From the NCBI GenBank assembly GCA_041659045.1, contig JBAZZB010000001.1, forward strand, positions 326,111 to 390,110: a stretch of DNA of 64,000 nucleotides, written 5' to 3'. The position numbers and the translations under genes are program-made. The stretch is from Patescibacteria group bacterium. Its GTDB lineage: Bacteria > Patescibacteriota > Patescibacteriia > SG8-24 > DYFX01. The notes below the pieces were generated by a model. The model had not been told where the DNA came from and searched no databases. It was given only the letters and a program-made list of their open reading frames with translations. This document shows positions 29,763-37,843 of the stretch, piece after piece. Numbering within the stretch: the stretch's first letter is position 1; every line of letters begins with the position of its first letter.

Positions 29763-30743
29763 TCAGCCGATCTGGTGTCGGAGCGATTCCTTCACGTGCG
29801 TGGGCGCGAACGAAGTTTCGACCGCGTTGCGCACAAGTTGGCGCAGCTCGCTCTCGCGCAAACCCCAGTGGTGCGCGGCGTGCACGAACTCGCTCAGCAT
29901 CGTGGTGCCAGCCAGCACCCGATTGTCGGTGCTCAGCGACACGCGCGCTCCTTTCTGGAGGAACTCACGGGCGGGGTGCGCGTCGTATCCGCGCACGGTT
30001 CTGGTTTGGACGTTCGAGGTCAGGCACGCCTCGATGCCAATGCCGCGTTCGATCAGCATGTTCAGCGTGTTCGAGTCGCTCCTGAGCGTGACACCGTGAC
30101 CGATCCGTTCGGCGCCGAAGAGTTCGACGGCCTCGCGCGCACGTTGCGGCGGGCCTTCTTCGGCGGCGTGAATCGTGACGCGGAGACCGCCTTCCTTGGC
30201 GCGCATGAAATGCGCAGCGTGATCGAGCGCGCGGTGGTTGTCGTCGCCCGCGAGATCGACGGCGACAACACCGTGCTTCTGATACGCGAGCGCGAGATCG
30301 ATCATGCGCCCCGTCACTTCGGGAGCGACGTGCCGCATGCTGCAGACGATGAGTCCCCAGGCCACGTCGTGTTTCCGTCCGCCGAGAAGCAATCCGTCGA
30401 GGACAGCCTCCATCACTTCCTCGCCGGCCAAGCCGCGCAAGGTGTGGAGTTCCGGCATGAAACGGATTTCGACGTAGCGTAGGCCGTCGGCAGAAACGTC
30501 TTCGAGAAGCTCGGAAGCGATGCGCCCAAGCGCGGACCGCGTTTGCATCACCGAGGTGGTGAGTGCGAACGCTTCGAGATAGTCCGCCAGGTCCAGTCGA
30601 ACCTGTCCGCACCGGAGCGCGCGCTTCAGTTCCGCTTCGCCCGTTGCCGGGAGCAGAGTTCTGTCGTGCGCGGCGATGTCGAGCATTGTGCCGATGCGTA
30701 CGGAGCCGTCGAGATGCAAGTGAAGTTCAACCAAAGGTCTCAT
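29763..30743 (-). CDS. add: adenosine deaminase
   Basis: ELHLHLDGS, YVEIRF, DLAGD, TIHAAE, RIGHG, CLTSN, STDN. Confidence 0.92.
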   Translation of the reverse strand: MRPLVELHLHLDGSVRIGTMLDIAAHDRTLLPATGEAELKRALRCGQVRLDLADYLEAFALTTSVMQTRSALGRIASELLEDVSADGLRYVEIRFMPELHTLRGLAGEEVMEAVLDGLLLGGRKHDVAWGLIVCSMRHVAPEVTGRMIDLALAYQKHGVVAVDLAGDDNHRALDHAAHFMRAKEGGLRVTIHAAEEGPPQRAREAVELFGAERIGHGVTLRSDSNTLNMLIERGIGIEACLTSNVQTRTVRGYDAHPAREFLQKGARVSLSTDNRVLAGTTMLSEFVHAAHHWGLRESELRQLVRNAVETSFAPTHVKESLRHQIG

Positions 30744-30747
30744 TTCG

Positions 30748-30784
30748 AAAAGCCTCCCTTTCCAATGAACGTTGGGGGGAGGCT
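30748..30784 (-). terminator. hairpin after thiI whose 3' arm contains the add Shine-Dalgarno
   Basis: AGCCTCCC...GGGAGGCT stem plus short T run; overlaps the thiI stop. Confidence 0.6.
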
Positions 30785-31952
30785 ACCAAGAAACGTCGCT
30801 GATGTCGAGACGCTCCTCTTCCTTCATCACGCGGGCGATCAAGGCTTCGACATCGAGTTTCTTTTCGTCTTCGGCGACGAAGGTTTCGATCGATTTCGTG
30901 GCCGGGCGCGGCGGCATGAAGAGCGAGCAGCAATCGGAGTGAGGCAGGATGGAAAGCTCGTAGGTGCCGATCAAGCGCGCGCGGCTCATGATTTCTTCCT
31001 TGTCCATGCCGATGAGCGGGCGGAGTACGGGAATGACAGTTACCGCTTCGATCGTGCGCATGTTCTCGACCGTCTGCGAAGCGACCTGTCCGAGCGATTC
31101 GCCCGTCACGAGTCCACCCGCGCCTTCGCGCAGTGCGATTCGTTCAGCGATGCGGAACATCATGCGGCGATACAAAATAACGCGGTACTGCGGATTGCAG
31201 ACGGCAGCAATCTCTTCCTGAATCGGTGTCAGATTGATGAGCGAAAGCGTCGCGCGGATGGCGGTGCGGTTCAAGACACGCGCCAAGTCTTTGACGATGT
31301 CGATCGAAGCGCGATCGGTGTATGGAAAATTGTGGAAGTGGACGTAGTGAAGCGGGGCACCGCGACGCGCGATCATCCACGAGGCAACTGGAGAATCGAT
31401 ACCGCCCGAAAGGAGTGATACAAGTTTGCCGCCAGTGCCAAGCGGGAGCCCGCCCGCGGCTTTTACTTTTTCATCGGAAACGTAGGCACCATGATCAGTG
31501 AGCTCGATCCAGCAGGTGTGGTCGGGCGCGTGTAGATCAACCTTCAAGTTCGGATTCGCATTCAAGATCGCCTCGCCGACGGCGGCGGAGAGATCCTGCG
31601 AGGTTGTGAGGAAACGTTTGTTGGGCCGACGCGTCGTGACGCGAAATGAACCCGTTTTGGAAACAAAGCGTTTGACCGCTTCTTTAATGATGGGATCCGT
31701 CTCAAGCGGCAAGCGCGTCGTTGGAGAAACCGTGGCCGCACCTGCGACCATCTTGAGGCGTTTCAAAACTTCGATTGGATCTGCCTCGCCTGCCTCCACA
31801 CGAATCATCCCCGTGTTCCGCATGACGCCGCTCACCTTCAAGCCCCTAAGCTGCGTCTTGATATTCGAAACCAGCTTCTCTTCAAAGAAGTCGCGGTTAT
31901 TCCCCTTGATTCCGAGCTCGGCGTAGTGGACAACGAAGGTCATGCGTTCCAA
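30783..31952 (-). CDS. thiI: tRNA 4-thiouridine(8) synthase ThiI (no rhodanese domain)
   Basis: HYAELGIKG.NR, THUMP domain, LLSGGIDSPVA, GESLGQVASQT, DCC. Confidence 0.95.
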   Translation of the reverse strand: MERMTFVVHYAELGIKGNNRDFFEEKLVSNIKTQLRGLKVSGVMRNTGMIRVEAGEADPIEVLKRLKMVAGAATVSPTTRLPLETDPIIKEAVKRFVSKTGSFRVTTRRPNKRFLTTSQDLSAAVGEAILNANPNLKVDLHAPDHTCWIELTDHGAYVSDEKVKAAGGLPLGTGGKLVSLLSGGIDSPVASWMIARRGAPLHYVHFHNFPYTDRASIDIVKDLARVLNRTAIRATLSLINLTPIQEEIAAVCNPQYRVILYRRMMFRIAERIALREGAGGLVTGESLGQVASQTVENMRTIEAVTVIPVLRPLIGMDKEEIMSRARLIGTYELSILPHSDCCSLFMPPRPATKSIETFVAEDEKKLDVEALIARVMKEEERLDISDVSW

Positions 31953-33088
31953 TGAGTAACGAGCCAGTCCCCCGCTTCGGAGGGATCGCTGAGCTTACCC
32001 TTGGCTTCTGCATCAATCAAGAGGTCCTGAGCGCGGCCGACATCTGGACCGGGCATCAGGTTCAAAAGCTTCATGACGGTCTCGCCGTCCAAGAGCGGTT
32101 TGAGTCCCAGCTCCTTATAGAGCGCCACGTCGCCGCTAGAGATGATTTTTTGCACGAAGGCGTCATCGATGCCGACGCCGGCGGAGGAAAGTCTGAGTCG
32201 CCGTGTGAGTGCGCCTGCATTTTCCGCGCCGCGATACGCGATTGAAAGCGCGAAGAGGACGCGCGTCGGAATGACGCCTTCGCCGACGATGCGCTGCACG
32301 TCTTCTCGTGTCACGCGCGACAGCGCTTCGCGTACATGCTCCGGCCAGTCGCTCAGTTCCGGCATGAGCTGCGCCGTCGCTCCAGCTTCCTGCCACAACT
32401 CAGCCGTGCGTACAGGATCCGCAGCAAAGCCGCGCAAGAGTTCGCGCGCCACGAGTTCAAGCGGCACAAGACGCTGTTCGTCACGTTCGTCGTTCAAGCG
32501 CGGTATAAGAAGAAGCGCCGCTCTCCACGTTTCCCATTCAATTTCAAAGTTGAGTTGTGCGGCAAAACGAAGCAAACGCAACACGCGCGTGTAGTCTTCA
32601 GCGAAACGCACGTCAGCGTCGCCGACAGCGCGAAGCACGCGCTTTTCAAGATCTTCGCGCCCGCCGTACGGATCGATCATGCGATCGGTGGAGGCTTCCC
32701 ACGCCAGCGCGTTGACGGTGAAGTCGCGACGACCGAGATCTTCCTCGATCGATATCGAGGGATCAGAATCCGTTTCAACATCGCGGTAGCCTCCGGTGCC
32801 AGCAGAACGTTCACGCCGCGGCAGGGCGATATCAAGCCGCATTCCGTCTTCGCTCGCCACGAATTTGAGCACCCCGAACGTGCGACCAACCGCGTCGACA
32901 GAACCGCGCGCTTCGAGAAACGTCGTGACGTCGTCAAACGAAATGTTCGCAACCAACACGTCGATGTCTTGAAGCGGGCGTCCGAGCAGTTCATCGCGCA
33001 CGGCTCCGCCAACGACAAACCAGCGCGAACCCGGCAACTCTGCGCCCCATCGTTCCAACAAGCCTTTGATTGAATGCGTGTCGAACAT
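31940..33088 (-). CDS. class II tRNA nucleotidyltransferase (CCA-adding / poly(A) polymerase family)
   Basis: VGGAVRD..DID, EDLGRRDFTVNA, RFAEDYTRVLR; no HD domain. Confidence 0.9.
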   Translation of the reverse strand: MFDTHSIKGLLERWGAELPGSRWFVVGGAVRDELLGRPLQDIDVLVANISFDDVTTFLEARGSVDAVGRTFGVLKFVASEDGMRLDIALPRRERSAGTGGYRDVETDSDPSISIEEDLGRRDFTVNALAWEASTDRMIDPYGGREDLEKRVLRAVGDADVRFAEDYTRVLRLLRFAAQLNFEIEWETWRAALLLIPRLNDERDEQRLVPLELVARELLRGFAADPVRTAELWQEAGATAQLMPELSDWPEHVREALSRVTREDVQRIVGEGVIPTRVLFALSIAYRGAENAGALTRRLRLSSAGVGIDDAFVQKIISSGDVALYKELGLKPLLDGETVMKLLNLMPGPDVGRAQDLLIDAEAKGKLSDPSEAGDWLVTHWNA

Positions 33089-33137
33089 ACGCCGCCACTG
33101 TAGCACCGCGCCCCAAAAAGAAAAAAGCCCAAGCGTT

Positions 33138-34016
33138 TTATGCTTGGGCGGCGATCAGAGCCTCGCGCATTTCGCCCGCGCTCTGGAAGCGGTCGTCGGC
33201 GCGTCTCTTGAGCGCACGAAAGATGACGCGTTCGAGATCCTTGGGGATACGCATGCCCGGCGCAGCGATATCGAACGGTATCGGCTGGGCCTGCCTGTGA
33301 CAATCGATGACGTTTCGAACGCCGATCTTCTCCGCGCCATACGCCCAGGTTTCGGCGAGCAGGCGGTAGAGCACGTGTCCGACCGCGTACAGATCGGCGC
33401 GTCCGTCGAGACGCCGCAAACAGTAAGACTGCTCCGGAGACATGTAGAGCGGCGTGCCGATCATGCGTCCGTCGATCGCGCGCGGATCGTCCGCGAGACT
33501 CGTGAACGACAGGCCAAAATCGATGATCTTGAGTCCGTCGTCGGTGATGATGAGGTTCGCGGGCTTGATGTCCCGGTGCACGAGACCCGCCTCATGAATC
33601 GCCTCAAGGCCTTCAAGCAGCTGGCAGCCAAGCTCGATGACGAACGCTGGTTTCAGCCGATTGATCTTGTACTGGCGCAAGAGGTGAAGCGGCATGCCTT
33701 CGAGATACTCGAGAACGATGTAGTGGTTCCCCCAGCCGTCGGTGCCTGCATCGATCATGCACACGACGCGCGGATGCGAGAGCGAGGAGAGAATGAACGC
33801 TTCTCGCTCGATGTATCCGTTGAGGGCTTTGTTCCGCTCGTTTCCGGGGATATATGGAATGCTCGGAGCTTCCCAGACAGGTTCGTGGAACGTCCCGATC
33901 GCTCGTGGTGTTTTGACGACGACGAGGCATTCCTTCTTCGTGTCCCGTGCCAGGTAGACGAGCGACATCGCGCTCACGTGAAGGCTGCGCAGAATCGTGT
34001 AGCGCCCATTCAACAT
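33138..34016 (-). CDS. soluble Hanks-type Ser/Thr protein kinase
   Basis: VVVK, HRDIKPAN, DFG, GTPLYMSPEQ, DLYAVG; GAGG SD; no TM segment. Confidence 0.9.
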   Translation of the reverse strand: MLNGRYTILRSLHVSAMSLVYLARDTKKECLVVVKTPRAIGTFHEPVWEAPSIPYIPGNERNKALNGYIEREAFILSSLSHPRVVCMIDAGTDGWGNHYIVLEYLEGMPLHLLRQYKINRLKPAFVIELGCQLLEGLEAIHEAGLVHRDIKPANLIITDDGLKIIDFGLSFTSLADDPRAIDGRMIGTPLYMSPEQSYCLRRLDGRADLYAVGHVLYRLLAETWAYGAEKIGVRNVIDCHRQAQPIPFDIAAPGMRIPKDLERVIFRALKRRADDRFQSAGEMREALIAAQA

Positions 34017-34049
34017 CGCACACCTCGTTGTTGAGGATCGAGCACGGTG

Positions 34050-34078
34050 ACGCTAGCCGAAAAAAGAGTTTTTGTCAA
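34050..34078 (-). promoter_or_regulatory. sigma70-type promoter of the kinase gene
   Basis: TTGACA-17 nt-TAGCGT. Confidence 0.6.
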
Positions 34079-34125
34079 TAAGAAAAACCTCGCGCCATGC
34101 ATCGCGAGGTCACGTTTTTGTGTTG

Positions 34126-34338
34126 CTAGTAGGCGGCGACTTCGGCGGCCGCGAGCTCTTCAGCTCCGCAGATGCCGCACTCGATCGCGAGGTCGTCTTT
34201 TCGAATTTCTCCGCACCCGTTGCAGAAGAACGCGTTGTCCATCTCATCGACGCGCGAGGAACTGCACAGCCCGCAGCGGAAGGCCAGGTCCTTGGCTCCC
34301 AACTCTCCGCAGAACGGACAGGCGTACGACATGGGCAT
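34126..34338 (-). CDS. small double zinc-ribbon-like protein (4 x CxxC)
   Basis: CPFC, CGLC, CNGC, CGIC in two internal repeats; TATACT upstream; hairpin downstream at about 34086-34111. Confidence 0.65.
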   Translation of the reverse strand: MPMSYACPFCGELGAKDLAFRCGLCSSSRVDEMDNAFFCNGCGEIRKDDLAIECGICGAEELAAAEVAAY

Positions 34339-34437
34339 ACGAAAGATCGATCACTAATTCTTAAAACTGGTTGGGAGTATAACATAGGCTCATTTGAGGA
34401 CAAGCAAAAAAGATATCCACACATGGGGTCTTGCGCT

Positions 34438-34482
34438 GTTCGCCTTTTGTTCATCTATGATGTAGGCGAACGATACACGAAC
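34438..34482. promoter_or_regulatory. putative LexA operators (SOS boxes)
   Basis: GTTC-N7-GTTC (34438-34452) and GAAC-N7-GAAC (34468-34482) flanking TATGAT (34456-34461) upstream of lexA. Confidence 0.65.
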
Positions 34483-34507
34483 GATTCATTCATCTCATTC
34501 CTCTTCT

Positions 34508-35110
34508 ATGTTCGAACTCACCTCGAAACAGAAGGAGCTGCTCGACGCGATCTCAGAACACGTTGGTAGGCGCGGCGTCATGCCGAGCTATCGCGAGTTA
34601 GCGGGAGCCATGGGCGCTTCGAGTCCGGCGACCATTCATAAGCACGTGTCGCTTCTCGAAAAGAAGGGGTATGTGTTGCGCCACGATGGCGGTCGTTCGC
34701 TGGCACTCACACCGAAAGCCACCATGCGTCGTCCGGCCATCGGTTTGCCGCTGCGCGGACTCATCACGGCGGGACAACCGATCGAAGCAATCGAAACAAA
34801 CGACACGATTGATGTCCCGGCCGATCTCGTCGTTGATGAAGTGAACTCGTACGTCCTCAAAGTACGCGGCACCTCGATGATCGACGACGGTATTTTGGAC
34901 GGTGACTACGTCGTCGTAGAACGCAACCCTTCGCCGCGCAACGGTGACATCGTCGTCGCCCTTCTCGAGAACACCTACGCCACTTTGAAGCGCTTCTATC
35001 GCGAAGCCACGCGCATCCGTCTCCAGCCCGCCAACGCCACGATGTCGCCGATCTTCGTCCATGATCCGCTCATTCAAGGAGTCGTCCGTGCCGTGCTTCG
35101 GAAATACTAA
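34508..35110 (+). CDS. lexA: SOS repressor LexA
   Basis: LTSKQ..PSYRELA wHTH, AG cleavage site (ITAGQP), GTSM (Ser), TLKR (Lys). Confidence 0.97.
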   Translation: MFELTSKQKELLDAISEHVGRRGVMPSYRELAGAMGASSPATIHKHVSLLEKKGYVLRHDGGRSLALTPKATMRRPAIGLPLRGLITAGQPIEAIETNDTIDVPADLVVDEVNSYVLKVRGTSMIDDGILDGDYVVVERNPSPRNGDIVVALLENTYATLKRFYREATRIRLQPANATMSPIFVHDPLIQGVVRAVLRKY

Positions 35111-35121
35111 CCGCCCACCCT

Positions 35122-35229
35122 ATGAGCAGGAGGAAATTTAAGTCCATGTACCGTCAGCTCGTCGGTAAAGTTGTTGATTGGTTTGAAATCTCCGAATATG
35201 AAGATCGCGTCGATTCTTTCGCGTCGTAA
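35122..35229 (+). CDS. putative small protein (35 aa) downstream of lexA
   Basis: MSRRKFKSMYRQLVGKVVDWFEISEYEDRVDSFAS*; ACCCTATG start context as for mreB; below the ORF-track size cutoff. Confidence 0.4.
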   Translation: MSRRKFKSMYRQLVGKVVDWFEISEYEDRVDSFAS

Positions 35230-35345
35230 ATCGAGGCACGAGACCGCGCTTGCTTTCAAAGTAAAAATAACTTGGCTCGGTCAATCTTCGCTTTAAAAAA
35301 TAAGCCGTCCTGCTATACTGGCGACGTCATTACTTATTTCTCCGT

Positions 35346-35939
35346 ATGGCTGAATTGCAACCGAAACCTCTCAAATACAAGGACCTGCCAGGACTCTCCG
35401 AAAAGCAGCTCGCCGAGCACCACGATGTTTTGTACGCCGGTTACGTCAAAAAAACGAACGAGATCCGCACCAAGCTCGAAGGCGTCGATCTTACGAACGT
35501 TAACGCGACATACAGCGATCTTCGTGAACTGAAGGTTGAAGAAACATTCGCCTTGAACGGCGTAAAACTCCACGAACGGTATTTTGATAACTTGGGTGGA
35601 AAAGGCGGTGCGCCGGAAGGCAAGATTGCCGACCTCCTCATGCGCGACTTCGGTTCCTACGAAAAGTGGGCGGCTGAGTTTGCGGCTTGCGGCATGGCCG
35701 CGCGCGGCTGGGTCGTTCTGGCCTACGATTTGGAAGAGGGTCGCCTCATGAACGTCGTTTGCGACGTCCATAACCAAGGCGGTGTTTGGGGTCAGGTTCC
35801 AGTTCTCGTCCTTGACGTTTATGAGCACGCGTACTTTATTGATTACGCCACGGGCCGCAAGAAGTACCTCGAAACGTTCATGCAGAACGTGGACTGGAGC
35901 GTCGCCAACGCCCAGATCGAAAAATATAACCTGAAATAG
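35346..35939 (+). CDS. sod: Fe/Mn superoxide dismutase
   Basis: EHHDVLYAGYV, NGVKLHE, LDVYEHAYFIDY. Confidence 0.93.
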   Translation: MAELQPKPLKYKDLPGLSEKQLAEHHDVLYAGYVKKTNEIRTKLEGVDLTNVNATYSDLRELKVEETFALNGVKLHERYFDNLGGKGGAPEGKIADLLMRDFGSYEKWAAEFAACGMAARGWVVLAYDLEEGRLMNVVCDVHNQGGVWGQVPVLVLDVYEHAYFIDYATGRKKYLETFMQNVDWSVANAQIEKYNLK

Positions 35940-35941
35940 TC

Positions 35942-36463
35942 ATGGAAACCCTGATCGGCAAGCAAGCTCCGGATTTCAAGCTCGAAGGCGTCTCGCACGA
36001 AACGTTCGAGCACCACGCGCTGTCCGACTACCGCGGCAAGTGGGTTGTGCTGTTCTTCTACCCGCTCGACTTCACCTTCATCTGCCCGACGGAAATCACC
36101 GGCTTTTCCAAGGCCGACGATGAGTTCGAGAAGTTGAACGCGAAAGTCTTGGGTGTCTCGACCGACTCCGTTCACTCGCACAAAGCTTGGCTCAAGGAAC
36201 TCGGCGCGCTCAAGTATCCGCTGCTCTCGGACATGAATCACAAAGTTTCGTCCGACTACGGTGTCTTGATCGAAGAAGAAGGCATCGCGCTCCGCGGCAC
36301 CTTTATCATCGACCCCGAAGGCAAGGTGCGTTACGCGCTCGTCCACGACAATGGCGTCGGACGTTCGGTCAAAGAAACTCTCCGCGCGCTCCAGGCGCTC
36401 CAAACTGGCGAACTCTGCCCAGTCGAGTGGACTCCGGGGGAGAAGACGTTGGGGAAGGCGTAA
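35942..36463 (+). CDS. ahpC: 2-Cys peroxiredoxin (AhpC/Prx1)
   Basis: FFYPLDFTFICPTE, LCPVEW. Confidence 0.95.
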   Translation: METLIGKQAPDFKLEGVSHETFEHHALSDYRGKWVVLFFYPLDFTFICPTEITGFSKADDEFEKLNAKVLGVSTDSVHSHKAWLKELGALKYPLLSDMNHKVSSDYGVLIEEEGIALRGTFIIDPEGKVRYALVHDNGVGRSVKETLRALQALQTGELCPVEWTPGEKTLGKA

Positions 36464-36504
36464 GAAAAGAAAAAAGAGGGCTGAAAGGCCTTCTTTTGTT
36501 TTTT
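36464..36504. terminator. bidirectional terminator
   Basis: A-rich run, short GC hairpin and T-rich run between convergent genes. Confidence 0.55.
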
Positions 36505-36516
36505 GCAAGGAGTTTC

Positions 36517-37278
36517 TCACTCTTGTATCAATCGAATGATCTCGTCATGAAGAGTTTTGTTTGCTGCCACGATCCCCTTCGCGCCGAACGCCCATGGCTT
36601 GCCTGCCATATCCGTGACCGTGCAGCCCGCCTCGCTCAGCAGAAGCGCCGGTGCGGACGTATCCCACACGCTGCCTGCTGGCGTGACCCACCAGTCCCGC
36701 CGTCCGCTGGCAACCCAAGCAGCTTCCACGGCTACGGAACCGATCAAACCCATCCAGAAGGGTCGGTGCGCAATCATCCGAGTCGCAAGATCGTTCCAGA
36801 CTTGATGACGTGATTCGAAATTGACACAGCCAACGCCGTAACTTTCGTTCCAAGCCGTTTTTTGCGCACAAGAGATGCGCTTGCCGTTCAGAAAAGCACC
36901 CGCCCCTTTCTCCGCGAAATACAACTCGCGTGAGAACGGCAAGTAGATCGCCGAGAGCAGTACTTCGCCAGCTCGTACATATGCGACCATCGTACCGAAC
37001 AGCGGCGTACTCGTTGAAAAGTTCCTGCTGCCGTCCAGAGGATCGATGATCCATACGTGTTCAGCCTCGACCGACGCGTTTTCGCTCTCCTCCGACACGA
37101 CGACGTGGTCAGGAAAAGCTTTCTGGATACGCGCGAGGCAATGCTGGTGGGACGCGATGTCTGCCTTCGTCACAACATCCGACACACCTTCTTTCGTATA
37201 GAGCACCTCGGTATCACCGAAGTGTTGCCACGTGATCTCCGCGGCCTCGCGACATATATCTTGAATGAACGTTTTCAT
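36517..37278 (-). CDS. inositol monophosphatase family protein
   Basis: VVTKAD, SEE, WIIDPLDGSRNF, WDTSA..LLSEAG. Confidence 0.92.
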   Translation of the reverse strand: MKTFIQDICREAAEITWQHFGDTEVLYTKEGVSDVVTKADIASHQHCLARIQKAFPDHVVVSEESENASVEAEHVWIIDPLDGSRNFSTSTPLFGTMVAYVRAGEVLLSAIYLPFSRELYFAEKGAGAFLNGKRISCAQKTAWNESYGVGCVNFESRHQVWNDLATRMIAHRPFWMGLIGSVAVEAAWVASGRRDWWVTPAGSVWDTSAPALLLSEAGCTVTDMAGKPWAFGAKGIVAANKTLHDEIIRLIQE

Positions 37279-37422
37279 GTGTTGAAGTGTCAGCTTATTT
37301 TTTAAAAAAGTCAAGATTCGTTATTTTGAGTATTTTCCAGATCCTCTGCCGACAATTCAGGTATGGCACATCAAAATAAAACGCCCGCCGGATGCAAGTC
37401 CGTGCGGGCTTTTCGAAGCGAG

Positions 37423-37737
37423 TCAGTGCCCCAAGGCCTCAAGGTCGCGGATGGCGGCCCCGGGGTCGTCCGTGTAGTCCTTGGGAACAGGCGGTGGCGG
37501 CATGCGGCGCGGAGTCACCGAGCGTTGCTCAATGATCGGAGGCGGTCCTCCGAGTGGCCTAGCGCCCGGCGGTGCTACAGCACCGTGATTGCCGCAGCGA
37601 TGCGCGGGAAGTGCCGTGAGAAGAACCACGATCACGAGCAGTCCAACGAAGACATGCTTGGGATGACCGTGCATCCACTTGAGAGCCTGCGAAAGGAGGT
37701 TTAGCCCCTCCCACATCCAGTGAAAGAACTTTTTCAT
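37423..37737 (-). CDS. hypothetical single-TM Pro-rich protein
   Basis: GGAGG SD, promoter TTGACA-17-CATCTT (37760-37788), one TM, Pro-rich tail. Confidence 0.6.
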   Translation of the reverse strand: MKKFFHWMWEGLNLLSQALKWMHGHPKHVFVGLLVIVVLLTALPAHRCGNHGAVAPPGARPLGGPPPIIEQRSVTPRRMPPPPVPKDYTDDPGAAIRDLEALGH

Positions 37738-37843
37738 TCGATCCTCCAGGTGCATGCGGAAGATGACACAAATTTTGGAATTTGTCAATGAATGAAAATA
37801 AAAAAGGACTGTTGTAAAACAGTCCCGGAGTCCGCACTTTTCT

